Below are positions 1 through 8,699 of a DNA stretch of 64,000 nt, piece after piece. This stretch comes from Allosphingosinicella sp. (GTDB lineage: Bacteria > Pseudomonadota > Alphaproteobacteria > Sphingomonadales > Sphingomonadaceae), in contig JBAWCC010000047.1 in NCBI GenBank assembly GCA_049590095.1, positions 1,988 to 65,987 on the forward strand, given 5' to 3'. The notes under the pieces are model-generated. The model ran no database searches and was not told the origin of the DNA. It saw nothing but the letters and a program-made list of their open reading frames with translations. The stretch's first letter is position 1. Every line of letters begins with the position of its first letter. The translations under genes were made by a program, and so were the position numbers.

Positions 1-3000
1 CGCTCGACAATCGGCCCGTCGTCTATGCGCTGTCGCTGCTTCTCACCCTGCTCGGCGTCGTCACCGCCCTGCGCACCCCGGTCGACGTGCTGCCCGATCT
101 CACCGCCCCGACCGTCGTCGTCGTGGTCGACGCCCGCGGCTATACGCCGACCGAAGCCGAGCAGCTCATCACCATCCCGCTCGAGACGGCGCTGAACGGC
201 GCGCCCGGGCTGCGGCGGATCCGCTCCAACTCCGCCACCGGCCTCTCCGTCGTCACGCTCGAGTTCGGCTGGGAGACCGCGCCGCCCGAGGCCCGGCGGA
301 TCGTTTCCGAGCGGCTGATCTCGGCGGCCGGGGCTCTGCCCGAGGACGTACCGCCGCCGGTGATGACTCCGGCCTCGTCGGTGATGGGCGAGATCATGTT
401 CGTAGCCCTGCGCTCCAACAGCGTCGCGCCGGCCGAGCTGAAGAGTCTCGCCGACTGGACGATCCGCCGGCGCCTGCTCGCCATCCCCGGAATCGCCGAG
501 GTGATGACGATCGGCGGGGACGAGCGGCAGGTGCAGCTCCTGCTCGACCCGGCGCGGATGAGCGCGCGCGGGGTCGGGGTCAATCAGGTGATCGAGGCGG
601 TCCGGCAGGCCAGCTCCAACCGCTCGGCGGGCGTGGTCGTCGAGGGCGGCCAGGAGGTGCTGGTCGAAGGCGTCGGCCGAGCCCGGACCCCGGCGGAGTT
701 CGGTGATGTCGTCGTGGGCGAGCAGGGCGGCCTCCCGGTCCTCGCCCGCGACGTCGCCGACATCCGCATCGGCGAGGGGCTGAAGCGCGGGACCGGCTCG
801 TTCAACGGCAAGCCAGCCGTCATCCTCGCCATCCAGAAGCAGCCGAGCGCCAACACGCTCGAGCTGACCGAGCGACTGGACTCGACCTTCGCGGAGATCC
901 AGCGGACGCTGCCGCGCGGGGTGGCGCTGGAGACCCACGTCTTCCGCCAGTCCGACTTCATCGAGCGCGCCGTCGACAATGTGACGGAGGCGCTGGTCGA
1001 GGGCCTGATCCTCGTCTCGATCATCGTCCTGGTCTTCCTCGCCTCCTGGCGCGCGACGATCGTCACCCTGGCGGCGATCCCGGTGTCGGTCGTCTCGGCA
1101 CTCCTCGCGGTCAACCTCGTCGGCGGCACAATCAACACTATGACCCTTGGGGGTATCGCCATCGCACTCGGCGTGCTCGTCGACGACGCTATCATCGTCG
1201 TCGAGAACGTCGTCCGAAGGCTCCGGCTGGAACGTGAGAAGCCTGAGCCGGAGCGGGCGCCGCTGCTCCGGGTCGTCGGCAACGCAACGGTGGAGGTGCA
1301 GGGATCGATCGTCTTCGCCACCCTCATCATCCTGCTCGTCTTCCTGCCTCTGTTCGGTTTGTCCGGAATCGAGGGCCGGCTTCTCCAGCCGCTGGCCCTG
1401 GCCTACGGCGTTGCCCTCCTGGCGAGCCTGGTAGTCGCTCTGACGCTTACCCCCGCCCTTGGCTTCGACGTGCTCTCTCGAAGTGACCGGGCGCTCGGCC
1501 GCGAGCCGCGGTGGGTGCACGGAATGAAGGAGCGTTACGGGCGGCTTTTGCAGCGGCTGCTGCCCCGCTGGCGGGCACTCGCCCTCGGCGCAGTCGCCTT
1601 GGTGGCGGTCGCCGCGGTCGGCCTCGCTTTGTCGGGCCAGGCCTTCCTGCCGGAGTTCAACGAAGGCAGCCTCACCGTCAACATTACCACCCTGCCGGGC
1701 ACCTCACTCGCCGAATCCGACCGAGTGGCGGCGGAGGTAGAAGCGGCGATCCTCGCTCAGCCGGAAGTCGTGACGACCGCCCGCCGTACCGGCCGAGCGC
1801 CGGGCGATCCGCATGCCCAGGAGGTCTTCGCCTCGGAGATCGAGGTGACCCTCAAGCCGGGCGGGCGCGACCGGGAGGCGCTTCTGACCGGCCTGCGCGC
1901 CGATGTCGCGCGGGTCCCCGGAATCCAGGCCATCTACGGCCAGCCCATCTCCCACCGCATCGACCACATCCTTTCGGGCGCTCGGGCGAACATCGCCGTC
2001 AAGGTCTTCGCTCCGGACCCCGCGACCCTGACGCGCCTGGCAGGCGAAGTGCAGCGGCGGGTGACCGCCGTCCCCGGCGCCGTCGATGTCCAGACCGACA
2101 CCCAGGCCCAGGTGCCCTATCTCCGCCTCCAGTTCCGTCGCCCGGAGCTGGCGCAGGCAGGTCTTACCGTCCAGGAAGCGGCCGACGCGGTCGGAGCGGC
2201 GATCGGCGGCACCACCGTCGGCACTCTTGTCGAGCGGCCGGTTATCACGGACGTCGTCGTCCGCTACGACCCCTCGCTGGTCGGCGGCGAAGGGACCCTC
2301 GACACGATGCTGATCGCCACGCGCGACGGCCGCCTGATTCCGCTCGGGGCCATCGCCGACGTCGTCCGCGACCAGGGGCCGAACGCCATCACCCGCGAGA
2401 GCGTCGAACGGGTCCAGCTCGTCCTCGCCAACGTCTCTGGCCGCGATCTCGGCGCGGTGGTCGACGACATTCGCGCCGCCCTGGCGCCGATCGCTCTGCC
2501 GCAGGGCGCCCGGATCGAGCTGGGCGGCCAGTTCGAGAGCGCAGCTTCAGCGACTCAGACCTTGCTCGCCCTGGGGCTGGTCGTCCTCGTCGGCATGTTC
2601 CTGCTCTTGCGGCAGGCGTTCCATTCGAGCCGCGACGCCGCGATCGTCATGCTGAATCTGCCGCTGGCGCTGGTCGGCGGGGTCATCGGCCTATGGGTGA
2701 CGGGCGGCGTCCTCTCGGTGGCGACGATCATCGGCTTCATCACCCTGTTCGGAATCGCCACCCGCAACGGCGTCATGCTGATCTCGCACATCAAGCACCT
2801 GCGCGAGGTGGAAGGCGTCACGGACCTCGAGTCCGCCGTCCGCCGTGCCGCCGAGGAAAGGCTGGTGCCGATCCTGATGACCGCGCTCGCCGCCGGCCTC
2901 GCCCTCGTCCCGCTCGCCCTCGCCATGGGCGAGCCGGGGAGCGAGATCCAGGCGCCGATGGCGATCGTCATCCTCTGCGGCCTCGCCAGCTCGACCGCTC

Positions 3001-3107
3001 TGAACATGCTGGTGCTTCCGGCCGTTTACCTCCGCATCGCCAAGCAAGGCTTCAGCCTGCCGACTTTCCGGCGACCGCTTTCGCAGACAAGCAAAGGAAC
3101 AGCATGA
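1..3107 (+). CDS. CusA/CzcA-family heavy-metal efflux RND inner-membrane permease (5' end upstream of window)
   Basis: Frame is open from base 3 (..RPVVYALSLLLTLLGVVTALRTPVDVLPDL..) to TGA 3105-3107. Over 1,000 aa with RND/HME-type stretches (GGIAIALGVLVDDAIIVVENV, ITLFGIATRNGVMLISH). ATGA stop/start overlap with the next gene. Confidence 0.85.
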   Translation, partial: LDNRPVVYALSLLLTLLGVVTALRTPVDVLPDLTAPTVVVVVDARGYTPTEAEQLITIPLETALNGAPGLRRIRSNSATGLSVVTLEFGWETAPPEARRIVSERLISAAGALPEDVPPPVMTPASSVMGEIMFVALRSNSVAPAELKSLADWTIRRRLLAIPGIAEVMTIGGDERQVQLLLDPARMSARGVGVNQVIEAVRQASSNRSAGVVVEGGQEVLVEGVGRARTPAEFGDVVVGEQGGLPVLARDVADIRIGEGLKRGTGSFNGKPAVILAIQKQPSANTLELTERLDSTFAEIQRTLPRGVALETHVFRQSDFIERAVDNVTEALVEGLILVSIIVLVFLASWRATIVTLAAIPVSVVSALLAVNLVGGTINTMTLGGIAIALGVLVDDAIIVVENVVRRLRLEREKPEPERAPLLRVVGNATVEVQGSIVFATLIILLVFLPLFGLSGIEGRLLQPLALAYGVALLASLVVALTLTPALGFDVLSRSDRALGREPRWVHGMKERYGRLLQRLLPRWRALALGAVALVAVAAVGLALSGQAFLPEFNEGSLTVNITTLPGTSLAESDRVAAEVEAAILAQPEVVTTARRTGRAPGDPHAQEVFASEIEVTLKPGGRDREALLTGLRADVARVPGIQAIYGQPISHRIDHILSGARANIAVKVFAPDPATLTRLAGEVQRRVTAVPGAVDVQTDTQAQVPYLRLQFRRPELAQAGLTVQEAADAVGAAIGGTTVGTLVERPVITDVVVRYDPSLVGGEGTLDTMLIATRDGRLIPLGAIADVVRDQGPNAITRESVERVQLVLANVSGRDLGAVVDDIRAALAPIALPQGARIELGGQFESAASATQTLLALGLVVLVGMFLLLRQAFHSSRDAAIVMLNLPLALVGGVIGLWVTGGVLSVATIIGFITLFGIATRNGVMLISHIKHLREVEGVTDLESAVRRAAEERLVPILMTALAAGLALVPLALAMGEPGSEIQAPMAIVILCGLASSTALNMLVLPAVYLRIAKQGFSLPTFRRPLSQTSKGTA

Positions 3108-3814
3108 CCTGGCAACGACTGCGCATTCCGGCCCACTGGGGCGCCGCGCTCACCGTCCTACTGCTGGCCGCGGGAACGGCCCTCGCGCACGGCGTCGCCG
3201 AAGGCGACCAGGCCTATATCGAGCAGACCAGCGGCCCTCAGATCGGCGCCTTCCTTTACCTCGGCGCCAAGCACATGGTCACCGGCTACGACCATCTGCT
3301 CTTCTTGTTTGGGGTCATCTTCTTCCTCTACCGGATGAAGCATGTCGCGACCTACGTGACGCTCTTCGCGATCGGCCACAGCACCACCCTGCTCGCAGGC
3401 GTCCTCCTCGGCACCAACGTCAGCTCGCACCTCGTCGACGCGATCATCGGCCTCTCCATCGTCTACAAGGCGCTGGACAACATGCGCGCCTACGAGCGCT
3501 GGTTCGGCATAAGACCGAACACCAAGGCGGCGGTGCTGATCTTCGGCTTCTTCCACGGCTTCGGCCTGGCGACGAAGCTCCAGGAGTTCTCGCTCTCGCC
3601 CGACGGCCTCGTCGTCAACCTCCTCGCGTTCAATGTCGGAGTCGAGATCGGCCAGATGCTCGCGCTGGGCGCCATCCTCATCGCGATGAGCTACTGGCGC
3701 TGGACGCCCAGCTTCCGCCGCCACGCCTTCACCGCCAACGCCGTGCTGATGACGGCCGGCTTCATCCTCTTCGGCTACCAGTTGGCCGGATATTTCGTTC
3801 TCGAAGGAGCCTGA
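3104..3814 (+). CDS. HupE/UreJ-family metal (Ni/Co-type) transporter-like membrane protein
   Basis: ATG 3104 overlaps the RND stop. 236 aa with a signal-like N-terminus, multiple TM segments and HupE-like motifs (HMVTGYDHLLF, FGFFHGFGLA, GVEIGQ). Only the 3' third of track ORF 1511..3814 is credible. Confidence 0.75.
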   Translation: MTWQRLRIPAHWGAALTVLLLAAGTALAHGVAEGDQAYIEQTSGPQIGAFLYLGAKHMVTGYDHLLFLFGVIFFLYRMKHVATYVTLFAIGHSTTLLAGVLLGTNVSSHLVDAIIGLSIVYKALDNMRAYERWFGIRPNTKAAVLIFGFFHGFGLATKLQEFSLSPDGLVVNLLAFNVGVEIGQMLALGAILIAMSYWRWTPSFRRHAFTANAVLMTAGFILFGYQLAGYFVLEGA

Positions 3815-3817
3815 TCC

Positions 3818-4450
3818 ATGGAAGAGCCCATCCACGCCCCCGCCATCGACGAGCTTCCCTCGAAGGCCCAACTCAACCGCGCCACCCTCATTGCCGCGGG
3901 CGTCGCCGCGGTAGTGCTGGTCACCACCGTCCTGCCGGCCGAATATGGCGTCGATCCCACCGGCATCGGCCGGGTGCTCGGGCTTACGCCAATGGGAGAG
4001 ATGAAGCGGGACGCTGCGACGGGAGCCGAAGCCGAGCCCACGCCCGCGACTGAGACGGCGGCGGCCGACACCGGCGACCTTACCCTTGATCCCGAACCCG
4101 CATCGCCCGCTGCGGCGGTTGGCGGCTCCATCGGCCGGGTGCAGCTCACTCTCGCGCCCGGCCAGGGCGAGGAGGTAAAGGCCACCATGAATGCCGGCGA
4201 CGAGTTCACTTACGACTGGTCCACGGGCGGCCCCGTCATCCGCTTCGAGCTTCACGGCGAGCCGATCCCCGCCAAAGGCGACGAGTTCACCAGCTTCGAA
4301 AAGGGAAGCTCGGCCGGCGCCAAGGGCAAGTTCCGCGCGCCCTTCAACGGCACCCACGGCTGGTACTGGCGCAACAACACCAACGCGCCCGTGACGGTCA
4401 CTGTCAGCGCCACCGGCACCTTCAGCAAGTTCGCCAAGGTCGGCGATTAG
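3818..4450 (+). CDS. membrane-anchored protein of unknown function (metal-module associated)
   Basis: AAGGAG-type RBS just upstream. One N-terminal TM helix (ATLIAAGVAAVVLVTTVL), an Ala/Glu/Pro linker, then a ~90-aa C-terminal domain. Family not recognised. Confidence 0.6.
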   Translation: MEEPIHAPAIDELPSKAQLNRATLIAAGVAAVVLVTTVLPAEYGVDPTGIGRVLGLTPMGEMKRDAATGAEAEPTPATETAAADTGDLTLDPEPASPAAAVGGSIGRVQLTLAPGQGEEVKATMNAGDEFTYDWSTGGPVIRFELHGEPIPAKGDEFTSFEKGSSAGAKGKFRAPFNGTHGWYWRNNTNAPVTVTVSATGTFSKFAKVGD

Positions 4451-4509
4451 CCTCAGGACCCGTTCATTCCCGCTCGACTAACAAACTTGCGACTTTTCAG
4501 GAGATTAGC

Positions 4510-4851
4510 ATGCGCCTCGTCCTCATCGCCGCCGCCGCCGCTGCTGTCGGCACCCTCTCGGCCCCGGCCCTCGGCCACCCCGGCGGCCATGCCGACGAAT
4601 ACCAGCCCCAGCGCCGCCCGATCACCGAGATCGCCCAGGAATCGGTGGTCAAGCTCGTCACCCAGGCAAAGCTTCCGGCGAGCTGGTCGAAGGCGAAGGT
4701 CGTGAAGAGCGATCTGCGCGTCAAAGGCGGCGCCCAGCAATGGGTCGTCACCTTCCAGAACCTCGCGGAACGCAACCGCGCCAAGCGCATGCTCTACGTC
4801 ATCATGAGCACGGACGGCACCTTCATCTCGGCCAATCACCGGCCGACTTGA
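4510..4851 (+). CDS. small secreted protein of unknown function
   Basis: AGGAG RBS at ~4497. Sec-type signal peptide (MRLVLIAAAAAAVGTLSAPALG). Followed by a hairpin plus T-run at 4924-4954. Confidence 0.6.
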   Translation: MRLVLIAAAAAAVGTLSAPALGHPGGHADEYQPQRRPITEIAQESVVKLVTQAKLPASWSKAKVVKSDLRVKGGAQQWVVTFQNLAERNRAKRMLYVIMSTDGTFISANHRPT

Positions 4852-4922
4852 TACGCTAAAGTGCTGCGGCCCGGTTCTTGAGAAGGCGACATAGGCTACT
4901 TGCTTGCCCCACCTACGAGAAT

Positions 4923-5065
4923 GGCCGGCGGCGGGAATCGCAGCCGGCTTTTTTCACCGCTAAGTGATTGATTTCATTAGCGCAAAAACGCGGTTTACGC
5001 CGCGAACGTACAGTGAATTGGCACAATTTTTCAAGGGTCCTTTTCACTGTTTTCGAGGGGGTCAA
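4923..5065 (+). repeat. Copy A of the dispersed intergenic element (short form)
   Basis: GCCGGC..GCCGGC hairpin plus TTTTTT (4924-4954), then a conserved core (GCTAAGTGATTGATTTCATTAGCGCAAAAACGCGGTTTACGCCGCGAACGTACAGTGAATTGGCACAATTTTTCAAG..TTTTCACTGTTTTCGA). It aligns by eye to copies B-D. Confidence 0.85.
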
Positions 5066-5186
5066 CACCGGCCTTTCGGCCGGGATCAGGCGAATTCGCG
5101 CTCACAGGCCTAGGCTTTGCGACCCCGCGGCAGTTCCTCGGTTTCCAGCGGCCAGCTCGGGCATCTGATCGCCACGCTTCAGTGAT

Positions 5187-6425
5187 TTAGTTGGGCTTGG
5201 CGGTCCATGCCGGAGCGCTGGAAGCGGCCATTCCGGGCCAAATGACCTCCTGCGTAGCGACTCCGGCAAACAGCGTCCGGTCGTCGTCCGCCACCTGGCG
5301 CCAGGTTCGGTCGAACGAGGCCAGCATTCTCAGCTCGCTCGGCCTGGCCGTCATCGCACGGCTCGTCTCGATCACGATATGGGCAATCTTCGCCGGCGCG
5401 ACGGCGAATGCCGGGTCGAGCGGCAAGGCGCTGAACATCGTCAACCTTGTTCCATTGGGGCGCCCGGACAAGAGAATCTCCAGCGATCCGATCGCCACGG
5501 TCCGAAGGCCGACATAAAGCTGAGGCACGGCGGCGCATTGCCGGGTCAGGGGCGCGCGCGCAGACACGACGATCACGGCCAGCCCGGCTCCGTCGCGGCA
5601 GGCGTCGCCGCCGACGAGGGCGATCTCTTCGGCCGCGGCCAGGAGCTCGACCTGCTCCGGCGACGGCCCGGTTTCGCCCTCGTCGATCCACCGGATCCGG
5701 CTTATCCCGAGCGCCTTGAGGTGATTGATCAGCGCCGCGGCTTCGTCCTCGGCCGTCGATTCGATGCCGCGCGCGGCCGGATCGCCGCTCGTTTCGCGCA
5801 GCCCTATTCGGATAGCCGTGGCGCTATCCAATGGCCCCGTCGGGGCGAAAGATATGAGGAATGCGGCGGGGCCTGGACCCTCTTCGAGGACGATCCTTCT
5901 GTCATAGAGGCCGCCGCCGCGATTGATTTCGGAAAATTGGCTCGCGAGGACGTCGCGCCACCGTCTCTGCGAAGCCGTCGCCGGGGTCGGCAGCATTCGA
6001 ACGACGATCCGCCCGGCATCGACGCCGGGCGGGAGGCTCGATCCCCGATATGCCAGATATCGCCAGAGCGAGCCGCATTGATCGGCGTCGAGCGCGTAAC
6101 GCGGCATCGATCGGGCCAGCGTGCGCCCATCGGCGCCCCGGCCCGACTTCAGCGCGCGACACAGCGCGGACGGATCGCGATACGGCTGCCCATCGCCGAA
6201 CATGCCCTGAATGGGCGGGATCGCCGTGCCCCCCTCCGTGCCGCCTTCGCCCGACAAACCGTGGCAGGACGCGCAGGCCTGTCCGGCGGCTGCGAGCCCG
6301 TGATAGAGGTTCCTTCCCTCCGCAGGAAGGTCGACAGGGGCCGCGCCGACGGCGGCGACGCCCAGGAGCCCGACACCAATGAGCCCCAGCCGACAGCCGA
6401 GCGGCCGGCGGCTAGCGCGCGGCAA
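5187..6425 (-). CDS. periplasmic c-type cytochrome domain fused to a solute-binding-protein-like domain
   Basis: Signal peptide (LGLIGVGLLGVAAVGA) and haem-binding CASCH motif near the N-terminus. The ~300-aa C-terminal part looks like a periplasmic binding fold. The start is TTG and overlaps the SCO1-like gene, so the exact start is uncertain. Confidence 0.6.
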   Translation of the reverse strand: MPRASRRPLGCRLGLIGVGLLGVAAVGAAPVDLPAEGRNLYHGLAAAGQACASCHGLSGEGGTEGGTAIPPIQGMFGDGQPYRDPSALCRALKSGRGADGRTLARSMPRYALDADQCGSLWRYLAYRGSSLPPGVDAGRIVVRMLPTPATASQRRWRDVLASQFSEINRGGGLYDRRIVLEEGPGPAAFLISFAPTGPLDSATAIRIGLRETSGDPAARGIESTAEDEAAALINHLKALGISRIRWIDEGETGPSPEQVELLAAAEEIALVGGDACRDGAGLAVIVVSARAPLTRQCAAVPQLYVGLRTVAIGSLEILLSGRPNGTRLTMFSALPLDPAFAVAPAKIAHIVIETSRAMTARPSELRMLASFDRTWRQVADDDRTLFAGVATQEVIWPGMAASSAPAWTAKPN

Positions 6426-6957
6426 TGCGGACGGCGGCGGCGAGCTTGGCCGGATCGGGTAGATCGTCGAAGCGCTTCACGAGACGTCCCGATTGGTCGA
6501 GCACCAGAATCTGGGAGGAGTGGAGCTGCACGTCGGCGGCGGTCTCGCCATAATGGCGCATCAGCCCTCCGACATCCCGCGGGCCGACATAGAGAGCGAC
6601 CCAGCCCGGTTTCGCGCCATGCTGACGAAGCCATCCGGTCAGCCTGGCAGGGGTCGTCTCGCGCGGCAGGATCGAGACCGAGACGATCCTGAACGGCTTA
6701 GCGGGCGGGCGCTTGGCCAGGATCGCCTGGGTGCGCGAAAGAACCGCGCCGGAAAGGGGGCAGAAGCTCTGGCAGCTGGGAAACATGAAATGCAGCACCG
6801 TCACCTGACCGCCGACGACTTGGTGGAAACCCCGCCGCCCACCGGACTGATCTATCGTCAGCGGATTTGGACCGGCCATCCGTGCGGCCAGCGGCTGCGG
6901 CACCGTGGCAGCCAGCGCCAGCAGCGCAGCAAGACAGGAACCCGCCCGCGACCTCAC
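6412..6957 (-). CDS. SCO1/SenC-family thioredoxin-like copper chaperone
   Basis: GTG 6957 forms a GTGA overlap with the upstream stop. Signal-like N-terminus (SCLAALLALAATV) and CxxxC motif (FPSCQSFCP) in a thioredoxin-like context. The longer track ORF (to 7302) overlaps the upstream gene and is rejected. Confidence 0.7.
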   Translation of the reverse strand: MRSRAGSCLAALLALAATVPQPLAARMAGPNPLTIDQSGGRRGFHQVVGGQVTVLHFMFPSCQSFCPLSGAVLSRTQAILAKRPPAKPFRIVSVSILPRETTPARLTGWLRQHGAKPGWVALYVGPRDVGGLMRHYGETAADVQLHSSQILVLDQSGRLVKRFDDLPDPAKLAAAVRIAAR

Positions 6958-8699
6958 GGCGCCACCCGAATCGTCGCAACCGGCCGCCCCGCAAGCCTGG
7001 CCGGAAGGGTTACAGGGTCCGGCATCACCAGAAAGGTGCCCGCCCGCATCATCGTGACCTCCGCCTCGAATGTGCCCTTCCCGAGGGACCGCGCCGCTAC
7101 GCGTTGCTGCATCCCGACCCCGCTCACGTCCATGATCAATACGCCCACCGTCGACGGCATGTTGCCACCGTCCTCGAGCGTGAAGCGGATCGGCACTGTC
7201 TGTCCGGCCTTTGCTTCGTGGGTGCCCGCGGCGAGGACCACTCGAGTCTGACGCTCTTCCGCTGCCAGCTTCGCCTGGCCCCGGACCTCGAACGCGGCGC
7301 ATTGCACGAAGCGCGGCTGCGTCCCCGCAACGACGGCGACGTAGCGGCCGGGCCGCTCGAGCCTGAACCCAGCCTCGAACCGGCCGGCTCCGACCGGGCG
7401 GATCGTCGGCCCCACCAGCAGCAACCGCTCGGGCATCAAACCGGGGCTTCGCAACGTGCCCGACGGGATGTTCATGCCTTCATGATAAAGATAGATCAGG
7501 TTGCGCTCGGCATCCGCCCAGGCCGAGAGCCCGTCGGGAGACACGGTAAGCGGCGCTCCGGACCGGGTCGGAGAGACGGGCTCGCCGCCCGCGATCCAGC
7601 GCGGTCCGCCGCCGTTCGGCTGAGCCAATTCGGCCAGCGGCATCACCATCGTCTCGCCGCGACCTTCGGTCCTGACGAACAGGAAGCTGTCCGATGCGGC
7701 CAGGCTCACCGGCCGGTCGGCCTCGATGGTCCGGACGAACGCGCCCTGCTCGAGATTGGCGACGTGAAGGCCCGAAGCGCTTCGGTCATGGATCACGGCG
7801 GCATCGCCGCTGGGCGAGAGCCAGAGGCGGGCCTTGCCGGGCCGTGCGGCCGGCATTCCGCGAACGGGGGTAATCTTGCCCGACCGACCGACAATGACCA
7901 GCGCACCGTCCGCGGTCAGCCCCGCCAGCCCATCCGCCCGTCGCGACCAGGCGGCATCCTTGAGCGCGATGTCGATGGTGCGTGCCCCGCTCCCGCCGCC
8001 GATACGGCGAACATTGCTCTCGCCGATCGCCCAAAGCTCGCCGTCCTCGCCGGGCGCGACCATGACGGCCCCTTCGGTACCGTCCAGCCACTTGTCGGAC
8101 CCAGCGCCGATCTTGCGGAGGCGGCGGCCCGGAGCGCGCGCGTACAGCGCCCCGTCGCCCGCGGCCGCCAGCTGGGTCACCGCTCCGGCGTCGCCGATGG
8201 TTCGGGCTATTCGCCAGCGGGCCACATCCACCGCCACGATCTTTCCGGCGGTGGGCAGAGCCACCCAGATGAGACCGTCGGCCGCCGCCCAGTGCCACGC
8301 GGACGGCGCGCTGCCGAGCGCGAGATGCGCCAGCGAGCGCGCGCCGCGTATGCCGTTGCGCGGATCGAGGACATGCAGGCTGCCGGCCGGATCCAGCATC
8401 GCGACGTGGATATTGTTGAAGTCCCGGGCGGCCGGCTGGAACGGACCCGAGCTCAGCAGGCGTTCTGCACGCCGCTCGCACGTCGCTGCGGCCGGATCGG
8501 CGGTTTCCTCGTAGTCGATCCAGGCGAAGGGCGGCTGGGCGGCATTGCCCGCCTCCGATCGCGGCGCGGTGGTGACGCTGAGCCGCATCGCCGAGCTGGT
8601 ATCCAGGCCCCCCTGGACCGCCGTTACCTTCACTTCGGGACCCGCACCGGAGAGGATAACCGCCGCCGCGACGATCGATGCCTGTTTCAGTACCGTCAC
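6954..8699 (-). CDS. periplasmic beta-propeller-repeat protein with Ig-like C-terminal domain (unknown function)
   Basis: GTG 8699 forms a GTGA overlap with the multicopper oxidase stop. Signal-like start (VTVLKQASIVAAAVILSGAG). Repetitive Gly/Asp/Trp-containing blocks typical of YVTN/cd1-type propellers. Family call is tentative. Confidence 0.5.
   Translation of the reverse strand: MTVLKQASIVAAAVILSGAGPEVKVTAVQGGLDTSSAMRLSVTTAPRSEAGNAAQPPFAWIDYEETADPAAATCERRAERLLSSGPFQPAARDFNNIHVAMLDPAGSLHVLDPRNGIRGARSLAHLALGSAPSAWHWAAADGLIWVALPTAGKIVAVDVARWRIARTIGDAGAVTQLAAAGDGALYARAPGRRLRKIGAGSDKWLDGTEGAVMVAPGEDGELWAIGESNVRRIGGGSGARTIDIALKDAAWSRRADGLAGLTADGALVIVGRSGKITPVRGMPAARPGKARLWLSPSGDAAVIHDRSASGLHVANLEQGAFVRTIEADRPVSLAASDSFLFVRTEGRGETMVMPLAELAQPNGGGPRWIAGGEPVSPTRSGAPLTVSPDGLSAWADAERNLIYLYHEGMNIPSGTLRSPGLMPERLLLVGPTIRPVGAGRFEAGFRLERPGRYVAVVAGTQPRFVQCAAFEVRGQAKLAAEERQTRVVLAAGTHEAKAGQTVPIRFTLEDGGNMPSTVGVLIMDVSGVGMQQRVAARSLGKGTFEAEVTMMRAGTFLVMPDPVTLPARLAGRPVATIRVAP

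Noticed and set aside
1511-3103. N-terminal ~530 codons of the 767-aa track ORF 1511..3814 (Arg/Pro/Gly-rich)
   Set aside because: It lies in an alternate frame entirely inside the RND permease gene and has the low-complexity RPG composition typical of GC-rich shadow frames. Only the last 236 codons, from ATG 3104 (HupE-like), are credible.
4968-5168. Track ORFs crossing the dispersed repeats (4968..5168, 15123..15698, 23939..24163, 38538..38723, 38554..38760) as a possible conserved small protein
   Set aside because: Different frames and strands are open in different copies, and indels between copies shift frames. Conservation is at the nucleotide level, so I treat the element as non-coding. 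A weak shared peptide-like remnant upstream of B and C (..FPGAIHDAVR.. versus ..PEGAMHDALR..) is too short to call.
6958-7302. 5' extension of the SCO1-like ORF (track 6412..7302) and other longest-ORF starts (36492 TTG, 29908, 43901, 20523, 21470)
   Set aside because: The extensions overlap the preceding gene by tens to hundreds of nt. Internal ATG/GTG starts give 1-4 nt stop/start overlaps or good RBS spacing, a pattern repeated throughout this window.
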